A DNA stretch of 64,000 nt from a virus. Below the pieces are notes generated by a model. The model did not search any database. It was not told the DNA's origin and saw only the letters and a program-made list of their open reading frames with translations. Within the stretch, counting starts at the first letter, position 1, and each line of letters starts with the position of its first letter. Positions 49,901 through 60,500 of this stretch are shown here, in pieces. The position numbers and the translations under genes are program-made. Location: IMG/VR virus record IMGVR_UViG_3300030328_002400, positions 1 to 64,000 of that record. The stretch is one strand, 5' to 3'.

Positions 49901-52900
49901 GATGGGGCAGATTATGAAGAAGCAAAAGATGTTTTAGATAAACAAATATTCAATTCACCAGACACATCTTTTGGACAACCATTCTTAGGAAGCGTACTTA
50001 AGTTAGAAAGTGTAATGTTTGGAGGAGGTAAAGCTCACTTTGTAGAAGTAAAAGATAATGCTAAATATAAACTACTATCTAAAGAAGCACAAATAGATGC
50101 TTTAAATAGTGCAGAGAATATAGCAGCAATGGGAGCTGGTAGTGGTTTCGATGCTGGTATAATGTTTACAGTATATCAATCATATCTTACTATATATATA
50201 AATGGTATTACAAGAAAGAACTATGGAATGCAGTTTAATTCTAGAGCTAACTATGATTATCATCTACCTGTTCCTAATAACTCACGTGGAGGAATAAAGC
50301 AAAGAGAAATAGACTTAGCAAGATACTTGATACCAGGAGTGCAGTCTTTCAATAATGGACAACCTCCAATAAATAACTGGAATAGAGAGTCGTCAGTATT
50401 CATCGATACTAAAACTAGTGATGATATTTTGGCACTTCCTCTACCACAAAATACTCCTGAACTTAGACCAAACTTAAATGAACCTTCTACCTTAGTTGAG
50501 TATTCAAGATTTAATATAGGGGAATCAGGAGCATGTGATAAACCAGGATTGGAGCAAGATATTCAAGTGGTTTCCTACTATGCTTCTATGAAAAATATTA
50601 TCCCTAATCAATGGGGTCAGATTAATTCATTCCAAAGAATAGACACAGGTTATCAGAAACTTGTTACAGCCACTGGAACAGATACAGTATTTGGTGGAGA
50701 TGTATTCATATCTAGATTTGCATTTAAAACTAAACTACCATTCTTTATAGATAACAGAGTTAATGGACCAGATGACTCAGATATATTCTTTGATGAAATA
50801 GGAAATGTTGCATATCCTAAATTCTGGCATTCATCTAGATCTATATTGTCTAACTATAGAGTAACTGAAGGTGATGATCAAAACATGTACAACCTTATAT
50901 CTGTTAAGGCACGCAATTTTGATTGTCCAACAGACCCTTCTTTATATCCACAAGGAGGAGGTCAAACTGAGAATCCTATAGCAGGAACTTATAGAACATT
51001 CTATGATGGGTATATGTATTTGTTTGCGTATGGTATTCCTAATTTCTATTGTGAGACAGTATATAATACAGATCTAAGACAAGCCTTTAATACCAATGAA
51101 GGAGACTTCTGGCCTCATGTAAGTGGTGGTATTCCTGATGATTGGTTACAGGAAACAAATGTACCTATTGCTCAAGATAATACATACTACTATAATGTTA
51201 CATTCTCAAAACAAAATAAAGAAAATGTATTTACTCAACTACCTCCAGACTGGATAGAAGATTTATGTTTTACATACTTCCCATTCAGAGCAATCTATTC
51301 AGATACACAGGGAGATAGTGCAGATAACAGAGTAAACAACTGGCTTGTATATAGAGCTCTTTCTTTCCATGACTTCCCACAGAACTATGGTAATCTTACA
51401 TCCTTAGATGGTATGATGGATAGAGCTGTGTTAGCACGTTTTGAAAACAAAGCTTTACTATATAACAAGCTATTAACAATTGATACTAGTAACCCACAAG
51501 CAGCCTACATTGGTAATCCTAGATTATTTGATGGAGCTCCTCCTGTAGATTTTGCAGAAACAGACCTAGGTTATGTAGGGTCTCAACACAAGTTCCTACT
51601 CAAATTACCTTACGGATCAGTTACTGCAGATGCTAAAAGAGGTCAGATATTCTTAATGGCTGGCAGCGAAGTTGTAGATATAACTAAGTTTGGTTCTGGT
51701 GTAAATAGATTTATAACAAATCATTTACCATTTGAGATTCTAGAATACTTCCCAGATGTATATATAGATAATCACTTTAAGGGTATAGGATTACATGGTG
51801 TATATGATAGTAAGTTTGATAGAATTATTGTTACAAAATTAGATTACATTCCACTTAGTGATAAGGTTAAATATAACTCTGAAAGTAAGAAGTTCTTTGT
51901 AGAAACAGTAATAGACGAAGAACTCATAGTACAAGAAGTATTTTTATTTGACAAAGAATATTTCTGTAGTAAATCTTGGACTATGTCGTTTGACTTTAGT
52001 ACAAAAACGTGGATATCTTTTCACTCCTATCTACCTAATTTTTACATAGGAGAAAACAACTTCTACTATTCAGGTATAAATACTTGCTGTACAGAGTTTA
52101 CTGCTATACTAGACACTCCAGATAGAAGTAGAATTGGAGAGGAAGATCCCCTATTAGATGTAATTGCAGGAGAACTTCAACCCCCTGTTCTTATTACAAC
52201 AAGTACAACTACTACTTCTAATCCTTTATTTACAACTACTACAACTACTGCATATGTTCCTGACTGTACAGTTAATATAGTGATATCTGAAGAACTAGAA
52301 TGTGAAATTGATGGAGTGGGATATATTACTGTTCCTAGTCCTACAACTACAACTATATGTGCTAGACCTAGTGGTTTATTAACTGATTCATTTACTGAAG
52401 GATATCAAACTAAAACAGCAGCAGGTCCAGTGGTAGGTACAAATAGTGCACAAGAAGCTTGTGCAATTGGATCTCTGTTAAAAAATGTCTCACCTGGCTC
52501 ACAAGAGATAGTGGGGATAAGCTTCGTATATCAAGCTACTCCAGTTATATCTCAAGATGGTTTAATAGGAAGCTCGGTATATTTTGGAGACAGTTCAGAC
52601 TGTACACGTGTTGCTGATGGATGGTATACTAGAGAAGCTGATGATTACACTAGAGCTATATATGTTGAAGATGGTGTAATAAGAGATGATATAGATTGTG
52701 ACTGTAATACACTTACAACTACTACTACTACGTACACTGGAGGAATAAACGAGTGTTGTGGATTCATTATTAACAATGATAATGCAGAGGCATATATATG
52801 GAATAACGCAAGTGTTATTAACTTTGGTAACTTAATAAACATTCCAGGTTATACAGGTGGTAAGTTAGCTTTAGGTCCAAATACATTATATGTATGGGAT

Positions 52901-53728
52901 GGTAGTTTAGCATTTAAGAAATGGACTATAAACACAACTAACTGGAGTGCAGTACAAGAGTTAGATATAACACCAGCTGGATTTAATACAACAGCTGGAG
53001 TGGTAGTTAAAGATGATAATACATTAATAGCACTAGACACAACTGCCGGTAATGTAGTGGAGATAGATACTACATCAGCAGCAGTAACAGTTAAGTTTGC
53101 TTTACCAGCTGGTTATACATGGACAACAAATCTACTATATACCACCGCAGGTAAACTAATAACAATAGGAAAAAACACTGCAGCAGCAGAACACCACTAT
53201 TTTGAGTGGGATTATGATAATGCAACAGTAACACCAGAGGTAGATATAACAATCACTGCTGCACAATGGGATCACACAAAACCAGTTTCAGCTATTTACG
53301 AGTGTGAGTGTAATACAACAATAATTGCAGGTTCAACTACATGTGACTATGCATATTTCCAAGTAACTCCATTAACTCCATTTGATGTAGTTTTCCTACA
53401 GGATGCATCTAGTAGTTGTTTACCTATACGTCCTACAGTTTGGGAAACTCGAGAAGTAAGTAACATCACTCAACAAGCTTCTTGTACTAGTCCAGCTGGT
53501 GGACCTACAACCACTACTACAACTACCACTGCATTTGTTACTACTACAACTACTACTAGTATATATCCATGCTATAAGTGGGAAGTAACAGGACCTATTG
53601 TAGTGTGGTATGATGACTGTAATGGAATACCTCAGAGTTTATCAGTAGCTAGTGGAGAAACAAAACAATATTGCACAAACGTTAATGTTGGTGCAGAAGG
53701 ATCATTAATAGGAGCATGTGATATATAG
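46958..53728 (+). CDS. tail stabilization (muzzle, P22 gp10-like) protein with C-terminal adhesin-like extension
   Basis: GLNMDS, IYWTDGINPRR, GYMRDEVYAFEIVF, RHHKFP, FGGDVFISRF, WISFHSYLP; last ~570 aa are Thr-linked modules. Confidence 0.75.
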   Translation: MATRKEIEDAKSQKAAAAKKDDKAQKGQVRLEFNQAQTGLNMDSTINQVKTGSLTYALNATVENFDSSSVNYQNEPGNEPCLSFPSGYELIGKHTIPEKKKNIFFLTNPSTGDSEIGFMFNNDCQYQTLVNAPCLRFTIDNPIHKVVHRITNCTTEIYWTDGINPRRYLDIDNIPYILDPNSDPGCDPVYTDKLDCNQLKIQPNFDIPFVEINSVTNVGNLVAGTYQFAVQYADAAGSDLTSYYSVTNPTPIADPLITTVNFNYPVGKSIEVRVSNLDLTGQYNYFNLAVIKTINDITSVELVGTYNITEADEIITYTGADQSPIQLSIADIFEKYPYYDVAQDLTSAQDTLIWSNLTSIDRINYQQIANNITLQWETHRIPPGEDYSNELNATNYRGYMRDEVYAFEIVFLLKNGKQTDSFHIPGPANLNPQPDVPNTNNDFIGEPEYYVGNIGYSPYWKIYNNATVVSESTQDTQDPNYKGPWYYGNFAYWESTEKYPCNTDIWGDLADTPIRHHKFPDVNVSPIVENPTITYDGNNIVPIMQDSDAIFPIGVKINNDQITQLITDSNLTQNQKDDIVAFKIVRGDRGTNKSVIAKGILRNMNKYTRDDQDYFYPNYPYNQVSGEDAFLQENNNAWNVDSKSYLVYFPDKRYGLTGNYIFPIPIAIDVEEDEGVYQYTSIVNGRPTQAKIKQNCIIEVCSLTRPISLQGRMTIGPGDFDVWACGHDSNGIPRSGYRVAWENPFNDINFDGTIPQSLFIKAPEGIGAGFRRCTIITPIDPEFETYTHVYSGYDPGDGDGGDAGGERYDPSQSGNGHMYDPDIDGTGINPQPKVELKNIMGVDCDLTSVSFVNAGLAGTGRYRPESFDPNSNCPEPVEGLNSYGCDTCIKTENPDNLIPWPQAAFGQPTNPLPQFAVNDSVSPQLAFPMPTDETENAGGVWELNNTLTPAETHRGGYDGFNSRYSRRSCLKCDRDIPIKPLDGADYEEAKDVLDKQIFNSPDTSFGQPFLGSVLKLESVMFGGGKAHFVEVKDNAKYKLLSKEAQIDALNSAENIAAMGAGSGFDAGIMFTVYQSYLTIYINGITRKNYGMQFNSRANYDYHLPVPNNSRGGIKQREIDLARYLIPGVQSFNNGQPPINNWNRESSVFIDTKTSDDILALPLPQNTPELRPNLNEPSTLVEYSRFNIGESGACDKPGLEQDIQVVSYYASMKNIIPNQWGQINSFQRIDTGYQKLVTATGTDTVFGGDVFISRFAFKTKLPFFIDNRVNGPDDSDIFFDEIGNVAYPKFWHSSRSILSNYRVTEGDDQNMYNLISVKARNFDCPTDPSLYPQGGGQTENPIAGTYRTFYDGYMYLFAYGIPNFYCETVYNTDLRQAFNTNEGDFWPHVSGGIPDDWLQETNVPIAQDNTYYYNVTFSKQNKENVFTQLPPDWIEDLCFTYFPFRAIYSDTQGDSADNRVNNWLVYRALSFHDFPQNYGNLTSLDGMMDRAVLARFENKALLYNKLLTIDTSNPQAAYIGNPRLFDGAPPVDFAETDLGYVGSQHKFLLKLPYGSVTADAKRGQIFLMAGSEVVDITKFGSGVNRFITNHLPFEILEYFPDVYIDNHFKGIGLHGVYDSKFDRIIVTKLDYIPLSDKVKYNSESKKFFVETVIDEELIVQEVFLFDKEYFCSKSWTMSFDFSTKTWISFHSYLPNFYIGENNFYYSGINTCCTEFTAILDTPDRSRIGEEDPLLDVIAGELQPPVLITTSTTTTSNPLFTTTTTTAYVPDCTVNIVISEELECEIDGVGYITVPSPTTTTICARPSGLLTDSFTEGYQTKTAAGPVVGTNSAQEACAIGSLLKNVSPGSQEIVGISFVYQATPVISQDGLIGSSVYFGDSSDCTRVADGWYTREADDYTRAIYVEDGVIRDDIDCDCNTLTTTTTTYTGGINECCGFIINNDNAEAYIWNNASVINFGNLINIPGYTGGKLALGPNTLYVWDGSLAFKKWTINTTNWSAVQELDITPAGFNTTAGVVVKDDNTLIALDTTAGNVVEIDTTSAAVTVKFALPAGYTWTTNLLYTTAGKLITIGKNTAAAEHHYFEWDYDNATVTPEVDITITAAQWDHTKPVSAIYECECNTTIIAGSTTCDYAYFQVTPLTPFDVVFLQDASSSCLPIRPTVWETREVSNITQQASCTSPAGGPTTTTTTTTAFVTTTTTTSIYPCYKWEVTGPIVVWYDDCNGIPQSLSVASGETKQYCTNVNVGAEGSLIGACDI

Positions 53729-53730
53729 AT

Positions 53731-54597
53731 ATGACTAAGATTATAAACATAAAAATACTAGCTGCAAGTCCTAACACAGGACCATTTGACATATTTGATG
53801 ATCAGAGCAATGTTATAGACACCTCTGTTTCGTTAAGTAAATTGGCACACGGGGTTTCTTATACAGTGGATCAAAGTGTATTAGTAATAGAACTTAAAGC
53901 TCATGGAGATTGTGAGTACAGTAAATTTATTACTCTTGAAGATATACCCGATGCAACATATTCGAATGCTGTATTTAAACCACTAAGAACAGGTTGTTTG
54001 TGGACTCATTTGAGAAACGATACTTTGTATAATTATTACTACGGAGATATTGCTCCTTATATAATTGAATATCCTTTTTCATATAAGTATCATGATCAGA
54101 TATTACAGAACATAAAAGACTATAGCAAGGTGTATACATATATACCATCCGTATTAGGAGAATTTGATGCTAATAGTAAAATACAAACAGACGATAAATA
54201 CTTTAATAAAGCTGTCCTGTATAATGGTCAGCAATCGACAGGTATACTGGAGCTTGTTCCTAAACCTATGAATAACTTAAGTGAATATCTCCAATACCCT
54301 ATATTAAATACTGATAGTAAAACTATTACTTTTGCAAAGACCGATAGTTTCTATCAGTATAATACTTTCTGGGCATTACAAAAAGATGACCAGGTACCTC
54401 TATTTAAAACATCCTGTGAATCCAAATCAATAGATAAGGTGGTGAATCAGGACAACATGAACTATGGTGACTTATCATTTAAGAAGTCACAACTAAGAGC
54501 TAAGAATGTAAAGGTGAGACATATATTAGACAACTCCTCTACTACACATATTGTGAGTCAGTTTATTGTAGCACCAGCACAAATATCATATAAATAA
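53731..54597 (+). CDS. GPFD module fused to probable C-terminal part of the tail stabilization protein
   Basis: GPFDIFDD N-terminus; LWTH..YYG..IIEYP..ILQN..FNKAVLYNGQQSTG. Confidence 0.6.
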   Translation: MTKIINIKILAASPNTGPFDIFDDQSNVIDTSVSLSKLAHGVSYTVDQSVLVIELKAHGDCEYSKFITLEDIPDATYSNAVFKPLRTGCLWTHLRNDTLYNYYYGDIAPYIIEYPFSYKYHDQILQNIKDYSKVYTYIPSVLGEFDANSKIQTDDKYFNKAVLYNGQQSTGILELVPKPMNNLSEYLQYPILNTDSKTITFAKTDSFYQYNTFWALQKDDQVPLFKTSCESKSIDKVVNQDNMNYGDLSFKKSQLRAKNVKVRHILDNSSTTHIVSQFIVAPAQISYK

Positions 54598-57500
54598 TGG
54601 CATTAACACCAGGCAAAGCAAAGAAAATGTTAGACGATGGAACTGTCCATGGGAGAGGTCTGACTGATAAGCAGAAGAGATACTTCGGTGCTATAGCTGG
54701 AGGTGCAACACCTATGAAAAAGATTAACGGTGGTTGGTTAGATAAGTATGCAATGGGAGGCACACTTCCTGGTGCATCCGGTATGATGTATGCACGTACA
54801 AATACCCCAGAACCTTTGTATACTCAATCAGAAATGAAAGCTCAGAAGGGTACCAGAGAATTTCCTAGAGAATTTCCTAGAGAGATAGCTATAGATAATA
54901 CAGCTGTTAGATCTATTAAAATTCCACCTCTAGAAAAGCCTGCAAAAAAACCACCGAAGCCTGATTACACACCTCTTCAGACATCCCCACCTAAGGTGTT
55001 ACCAATGTTTAGTCAGGATAACAGAACTTATGAACAGAGAAAAGCAGACGAACAAAGGTTTGCAGATGCTACATCAACAAACTTACCAAAAGGAGCAGCA
55101 GCTCTTACATATCTTGCTAATCCTTTTAGATTAATAGGTGATCTATATAATAAAACTGTACAACCAGCAGCAACGAGTCTGTTTTCTACTTCTACACTAC
55201 AACCTGCTACAGGAGATTTCTGGACTAGTGATGAGGTGGCAAAACAACTTAACTTAAGAAACGTTCAAAGACAAACAGGTCAGATATCCTATGGAGATCA
55301 ACTGTATGGAAACCTTATGCAAGGACTTCCTGAAACAGGATGGGCTGGACTAAATCTTTTAGGAGGTAGAATTATTCAAGGTGGTCTCCAGTATCTTCCT
55401 GGTAAATCTGTTATTCTCAATACGTTAAAAAGAATTCCAGGTTACAATTATGTGAGAAACACATACAATTATTTTAAACGACCTTTGGGTGATGCTGTTC
55501 CTATAGGTAGAGAGATATCTATTCCATCTTTGCTTACTAGAGGTAAAACTCCACCGAATAAACTTCTTACTAATCCTAAGGTGGATGCAGATAATTTTAT
55601 GCAACAATGGACCAATTCTCCAGGGTTTAATGAAAGATTTTATTCTCAGATTAAGCCATATAATCCTTTACCTAATGTTCGACCAGAGACCATTAAAAGA
55701 ACACTTGCAGCTAGACATAGAGAATTACAAGCCTTAGAATCGGAGTTACTTACATATTCAGAGGCAGGACTACATAAAGCTCTTCCTAGAGGTAAGTATC
55801 TTCAACAACAAGTTGATGATCTTACAATGGAAATAAATCAGATATATAATGTGTACTATCCAAAACTAGCAGCGGACAATATGAAATTAATACAGTCTGG
55901 TAAGTTTCCTACTGTGTATAGTAGTACAGGATTTACGCCTGGATCAGGTGGGACATATTATATACCCCATGCTGGTAAACCTTTAAATACTTTGGATAAT
56001 ATATTTGATACTACTAATCAAATAGGTAATAAGAGTGTTGTAAATACTGGTGGTGGTGCTTCAAGAAATAGCGAGATGTTAACAGGTATACATGAAACTC
56101 TTGGTCATGCTAGTAATGTAGGTGGAAGAGCTTTAGGCATTGAGACAAAATCGTTAATTAAAGGAGCACTTAAACCAAATCCAAGAATATCAAAGGGAAC
56201 CAGTGAGCAAATTAAATCGTTTCTTGGTCCAGATGCAACTTTTGATGACTGGGCAAAATATTTACAAGAGCCTACAGAAATGGTTGCGAGAGTGATGGAG
56301 TTGAGAAGGCAATACATTAACCCAAAATACTGGGGAACTTCTAAACAATATGATATACCAGATAAGTTAATTGACCAAATGTTTAGAGATGGACTTTCTG
56401 GTAAAAGTAAAATAACTCCAGACTTCTTTAGAGTAATAGATAAAAAAGGATTAAAGAAATTAATGCAATCATTATATGCTACAGTACCAATAGCTATAGG
56501 AGCTGATGGATTATTAGAGTATGAAACTCCTAGTTCAGAGATACAACTACCGAAATATAAAGATGGTGGATGGCTCGATAAGTATGAAGTGATAGAAGAT
56601 GACATGGGACAGTTAACCAACCCAGGAAAGATAACTAAAATAAACTCCCCCAATATAACTATGAAGGGAGTAGACTTTCCTGTGCTAGGAATATCTGACA
56701 CTGGTGATAAGAAGATGATGCAACCAGGTAAAGATTACAAGTTTGATGGTAACTCTGTTACAGAGTATCCTATGGCTCAAGGTGGTATGAATATACCTCT
56801 TAAAACGATTAATAAGTATGGCGAACTAGAAAGACTAACTTACCCAAGTAGTGTATGGAAAGACAAAGAAGGTAATCCTCAAGAAGTATCTCTTTTAGAT
56901 GAAGTAGTTGTTGATTATAAAGGTCCTATAGCATTAGCTAAAGAACAAATGGAAGAGCATGGAATAGCTGATTTTCTAAAAGCAGGTTATGTTAAAGGTA
57001 AGTCTGAAAGAGCATATAATAATATAGTCCCTGAAGGTTATGGAAACGTAGCAAAAAATCTTGATAGAGTCAGAAGATATAGAGGAGATCTAGGACGTGA
57101 TCCAGAAGCTTTGTGGCATTCCGGCCCAAAAGATAATAAGAGACACTACACTATACCTAACCGAGAAGATGCATTTAGACTATATCTAGGAATGCCACAA
57201 GTTAATAATAGTTTTTCTGTAAGTGATTACAGACCGGGTGACTCAAAAGATAAGAGTATGGTTTATTTAAAACCTACCTACTTTAATGATGAAAAGATTA
57301 GACAGGCATTAGTAGATCAGTATTATAGAGAAGTAGATGATGAAGATATTAAACTAGGTGATAAGGATATTGGTAATGAAAGAGGACTACCAAGAGGACA
57401 GTGGCAAGGAGATGGTACACCATGGCCTTCGCATGATAACTCTTTAGGAGATTTTACATTTCATATGGGAGAGGATGAAAAAGGAACTTACATATCTATA

Positions 57501-60500
57501 TATGATATATGGGACTTGAATCCATTCCAACCGGGAAAAGGATCATCTGTAAATAAAGCAGCTGATCAACTGTTGGAATATGTTACCTCATTAGGGAAAA
57601 AAGTTACTTCAAAATCAGAAGTATCTGACATATTTGAAGCAGGAAAACCCTTTGAAGTATATGAAAGAATATATATTGACCCAGAAACCAGGAAAATATT
57701 ACCTCAAGCACAATGGGGTGGAATAATCAAACAAGGAATGAAAAAACTTCCTAAATATTTAAAAAAATGGTTAGGTAAAACAGATGATGTAGTACCAGGA
57801 CCAACCTCAGAAGTAAATTTTATAGATAATGTGCATAAGCAGCAACTTGATGATGTAAATAGAATAGTTGATTATGAATTGTATAATGCTAAAAATCCAC
57901 CTACACTTCAAGATTTGGTCAATCATTATAATAAACAGAGTGGTGATGTTACTAGTATATATAGATATGGTTTTGATAGAGATAGGATAGGTGGTACTTG
58001 GTATTCTTCTGACTTAGGAGATCCATTAAGATATCAGCAATATGGAAGAGGTGATGGAGTTTTTAAAGCAGATGTACCTAATGATATTTTAAGAGAAAGT
58101 TATAGAGGTTTGGTAAATAATGCAGATGCAGCGGCAGGTAAGATACCAGGTCTTGATCCAAGATTTTTTCAAAATTCTTTAACAAACTTTAAAGAATTTA
58201 AACTAACTGAAGGAATAGCTTCAGTATTTGCAGATGAAAAATTTGGAAAAAAGACTATTGAAGAATATATAGATTATTTAAAATCACTTAAAAAACAAGG
58301 AGGATCTATAATGGCTCAAGATGGTTTAGATTTAAGTGGTCAACATCAAAAAGATTTTTTAAAGAATTGGTTACACTCTCCTATGGGTCAACAATTATTA
58401 AGTAATAGCTATGATGGAAATGAAAATAAGACAGATTTTTTAACATTCAGAAGAGGTGATGTTGCATTAGATAATGTTACAATTGAAACAGGTCTTGGTG
58501 ATTTTATGGGTAGATATAACAAAAGACCACATCTAATACAAATAAATGAAAATTACTTAGACAAGTTTGCATACTCACCTGGTAAAGAACCTAAAGATGT
58601 ATTACTACATGAACTATCACATGCTCAAGACTATGATGCAGGATTGGGTTTTGGTAAGTTGAATATGCCGTTATCAGATGTTAAGTTTATAGAAGGTCTA
58701 ACTAAGAATAAAATAAAAGAAGATAAAAAAAGTTATAATCTTAGTAGAGATGAAATTAAAGACTTAAGGTATTATGGAAGTCCTACAGAGGTAAGAGCAA
58801 GACTTAATGCTCTTAGATATTTTTATGAAACAGATTTAGGTGGTGGTAAGAATGATGAAGGGTTACCAAGTATTTTTAATTCAGAGGTAACACCTGAGAT
58901 GCAAGAAACTATGAAATCACATGGTCAGTATAGAGACTTAAAAAAAGTATATACTGATGATGAAATCTTACAACTTTTAAATACTATATCTTATCAAGAT
59001 TCTGATTTTAATCAGGAAGCAGATAAGTTTATATATGCAAGGTATGGTAAGGAACTACCTAAAGCTCAACAGGGTTTCTTCAGAAATCTTATAAAGAAGG
59101 GTGGTCCAAAAATTATGAAGTATCTTGATAATTTACTAGGCAAAACAGATGAGGTAGTAGAGGTTGCACCAGCAGCTGTTAAAAACTATGAAATGTTACC
59201 TATTAATAAAATAGATTACCCCACACACTATGGTACTACAGATACACCAGGTGATGAGGTAATAACAAATGCTTTAGATATACTCAAGGCACAAGGAAAG
59301 TATACTGATGACGTAGGGTTTCAGATAAAAGATTTAGTAGGTGAGAATATACAGTACTTAGGTAATCAAGGTGGTAGAACTATTGTTAATGTTCCATTAC
59401 CAAATGGGAAGAGTCAAATGTTCTATAAATCTACTGACTTAGCAGGTAAAGGTACAGAGGGTCTTTGGCAACCCTATGCAGGTCATGCAAATATATTAGA
59501 TTTTCCAGGACATGGAAAAGTTGAAAATTGGTTTATTAAAGATAGTGGATATAAAAATTGGTATGATAGTAAATCATTTAGAGACATAGCTGGTAACTTA
59601 GATAGAATAGCAGCAGAACAAGGATGGGATATGTCTGAACAAATACTAAAAAGTAAATTGAAACATGGTGGAGATTTACCAAAAGCTCAATGGGGTACAT
59701 TTTTTAAAACCTTTTTAAAAAAAGCTCCTAAGCACGCTCCTAAGTATATAGATAATGTAGTCAAACCACAAAACTTTGATGACTTATTAAAATTGCCAGA
59801 TGATGAGTTTGCAAAGTTTACTACTATGAGTAAAGATACATGGAAGCTGATAGGTAATCAAAAGCCTGATTATCAAAAAAGGCTGATGAATAACTATAAG
59901 AATATGTTTACTCCTAGTGATGATGCTGTCAATATAATTAAGAAAAGTAAAGAAGAATTAATAAGTTATTACAGAACACCAGAATATAGAACTAGATTAA
60001 CAGAAGGTTTAAAAATATCAGATACAGAAGCAACTAAGTATATAGATGATATGATAAAAGAAATGGATGAAGCTAATATTTTATTTAGTAATAAAAAATT
60101 ACCTATGGACGGCTTAGCTCAGGGTGCATCAGGAAGTCCTAGAAGCACCGTTACATTTACTGGTGCAATAAATGATATGAATGCTAATCAGTTAAGAACA
60201 TTAGCATTGCATGAGTTTGGTCATGTGTCTTCATATGGTAAAAATTCTAATTTATTTAAGACATTTAAAGCTCCAAAGATTAGACCACGTACTAGGGACA
60301 CATGGACTAAAGGAGGAAATAATGATCTGATACAATATTTTGATAATCCAGATGAGGTTAGACAAAGAGGTATAGTTGCCTTAGATTATATGAAAAAGAA
60401 TAATTTGTCTATTGATGATTTTATGAATATAAGTTATGATGATATAGTTAGAGGTACTTGGGATAAAAAAATACCAAAAGATATATTAGAACTTAGACAA

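Noticed and set aside
32961-54597. Diversity-generating retroelement or invertible shufflon acting on fibre genes
   Set aside because: No reverse transcriptase or recombinase in the window, no near-identical TR/VR pair, and all cassettes are co-oriented.
21842-56701. Minus-strand ORFs over terminase, portal, scaffold, muzzle and cargo genes
   Set aside because: Shadow frames of strongly supported plus-strand genes.
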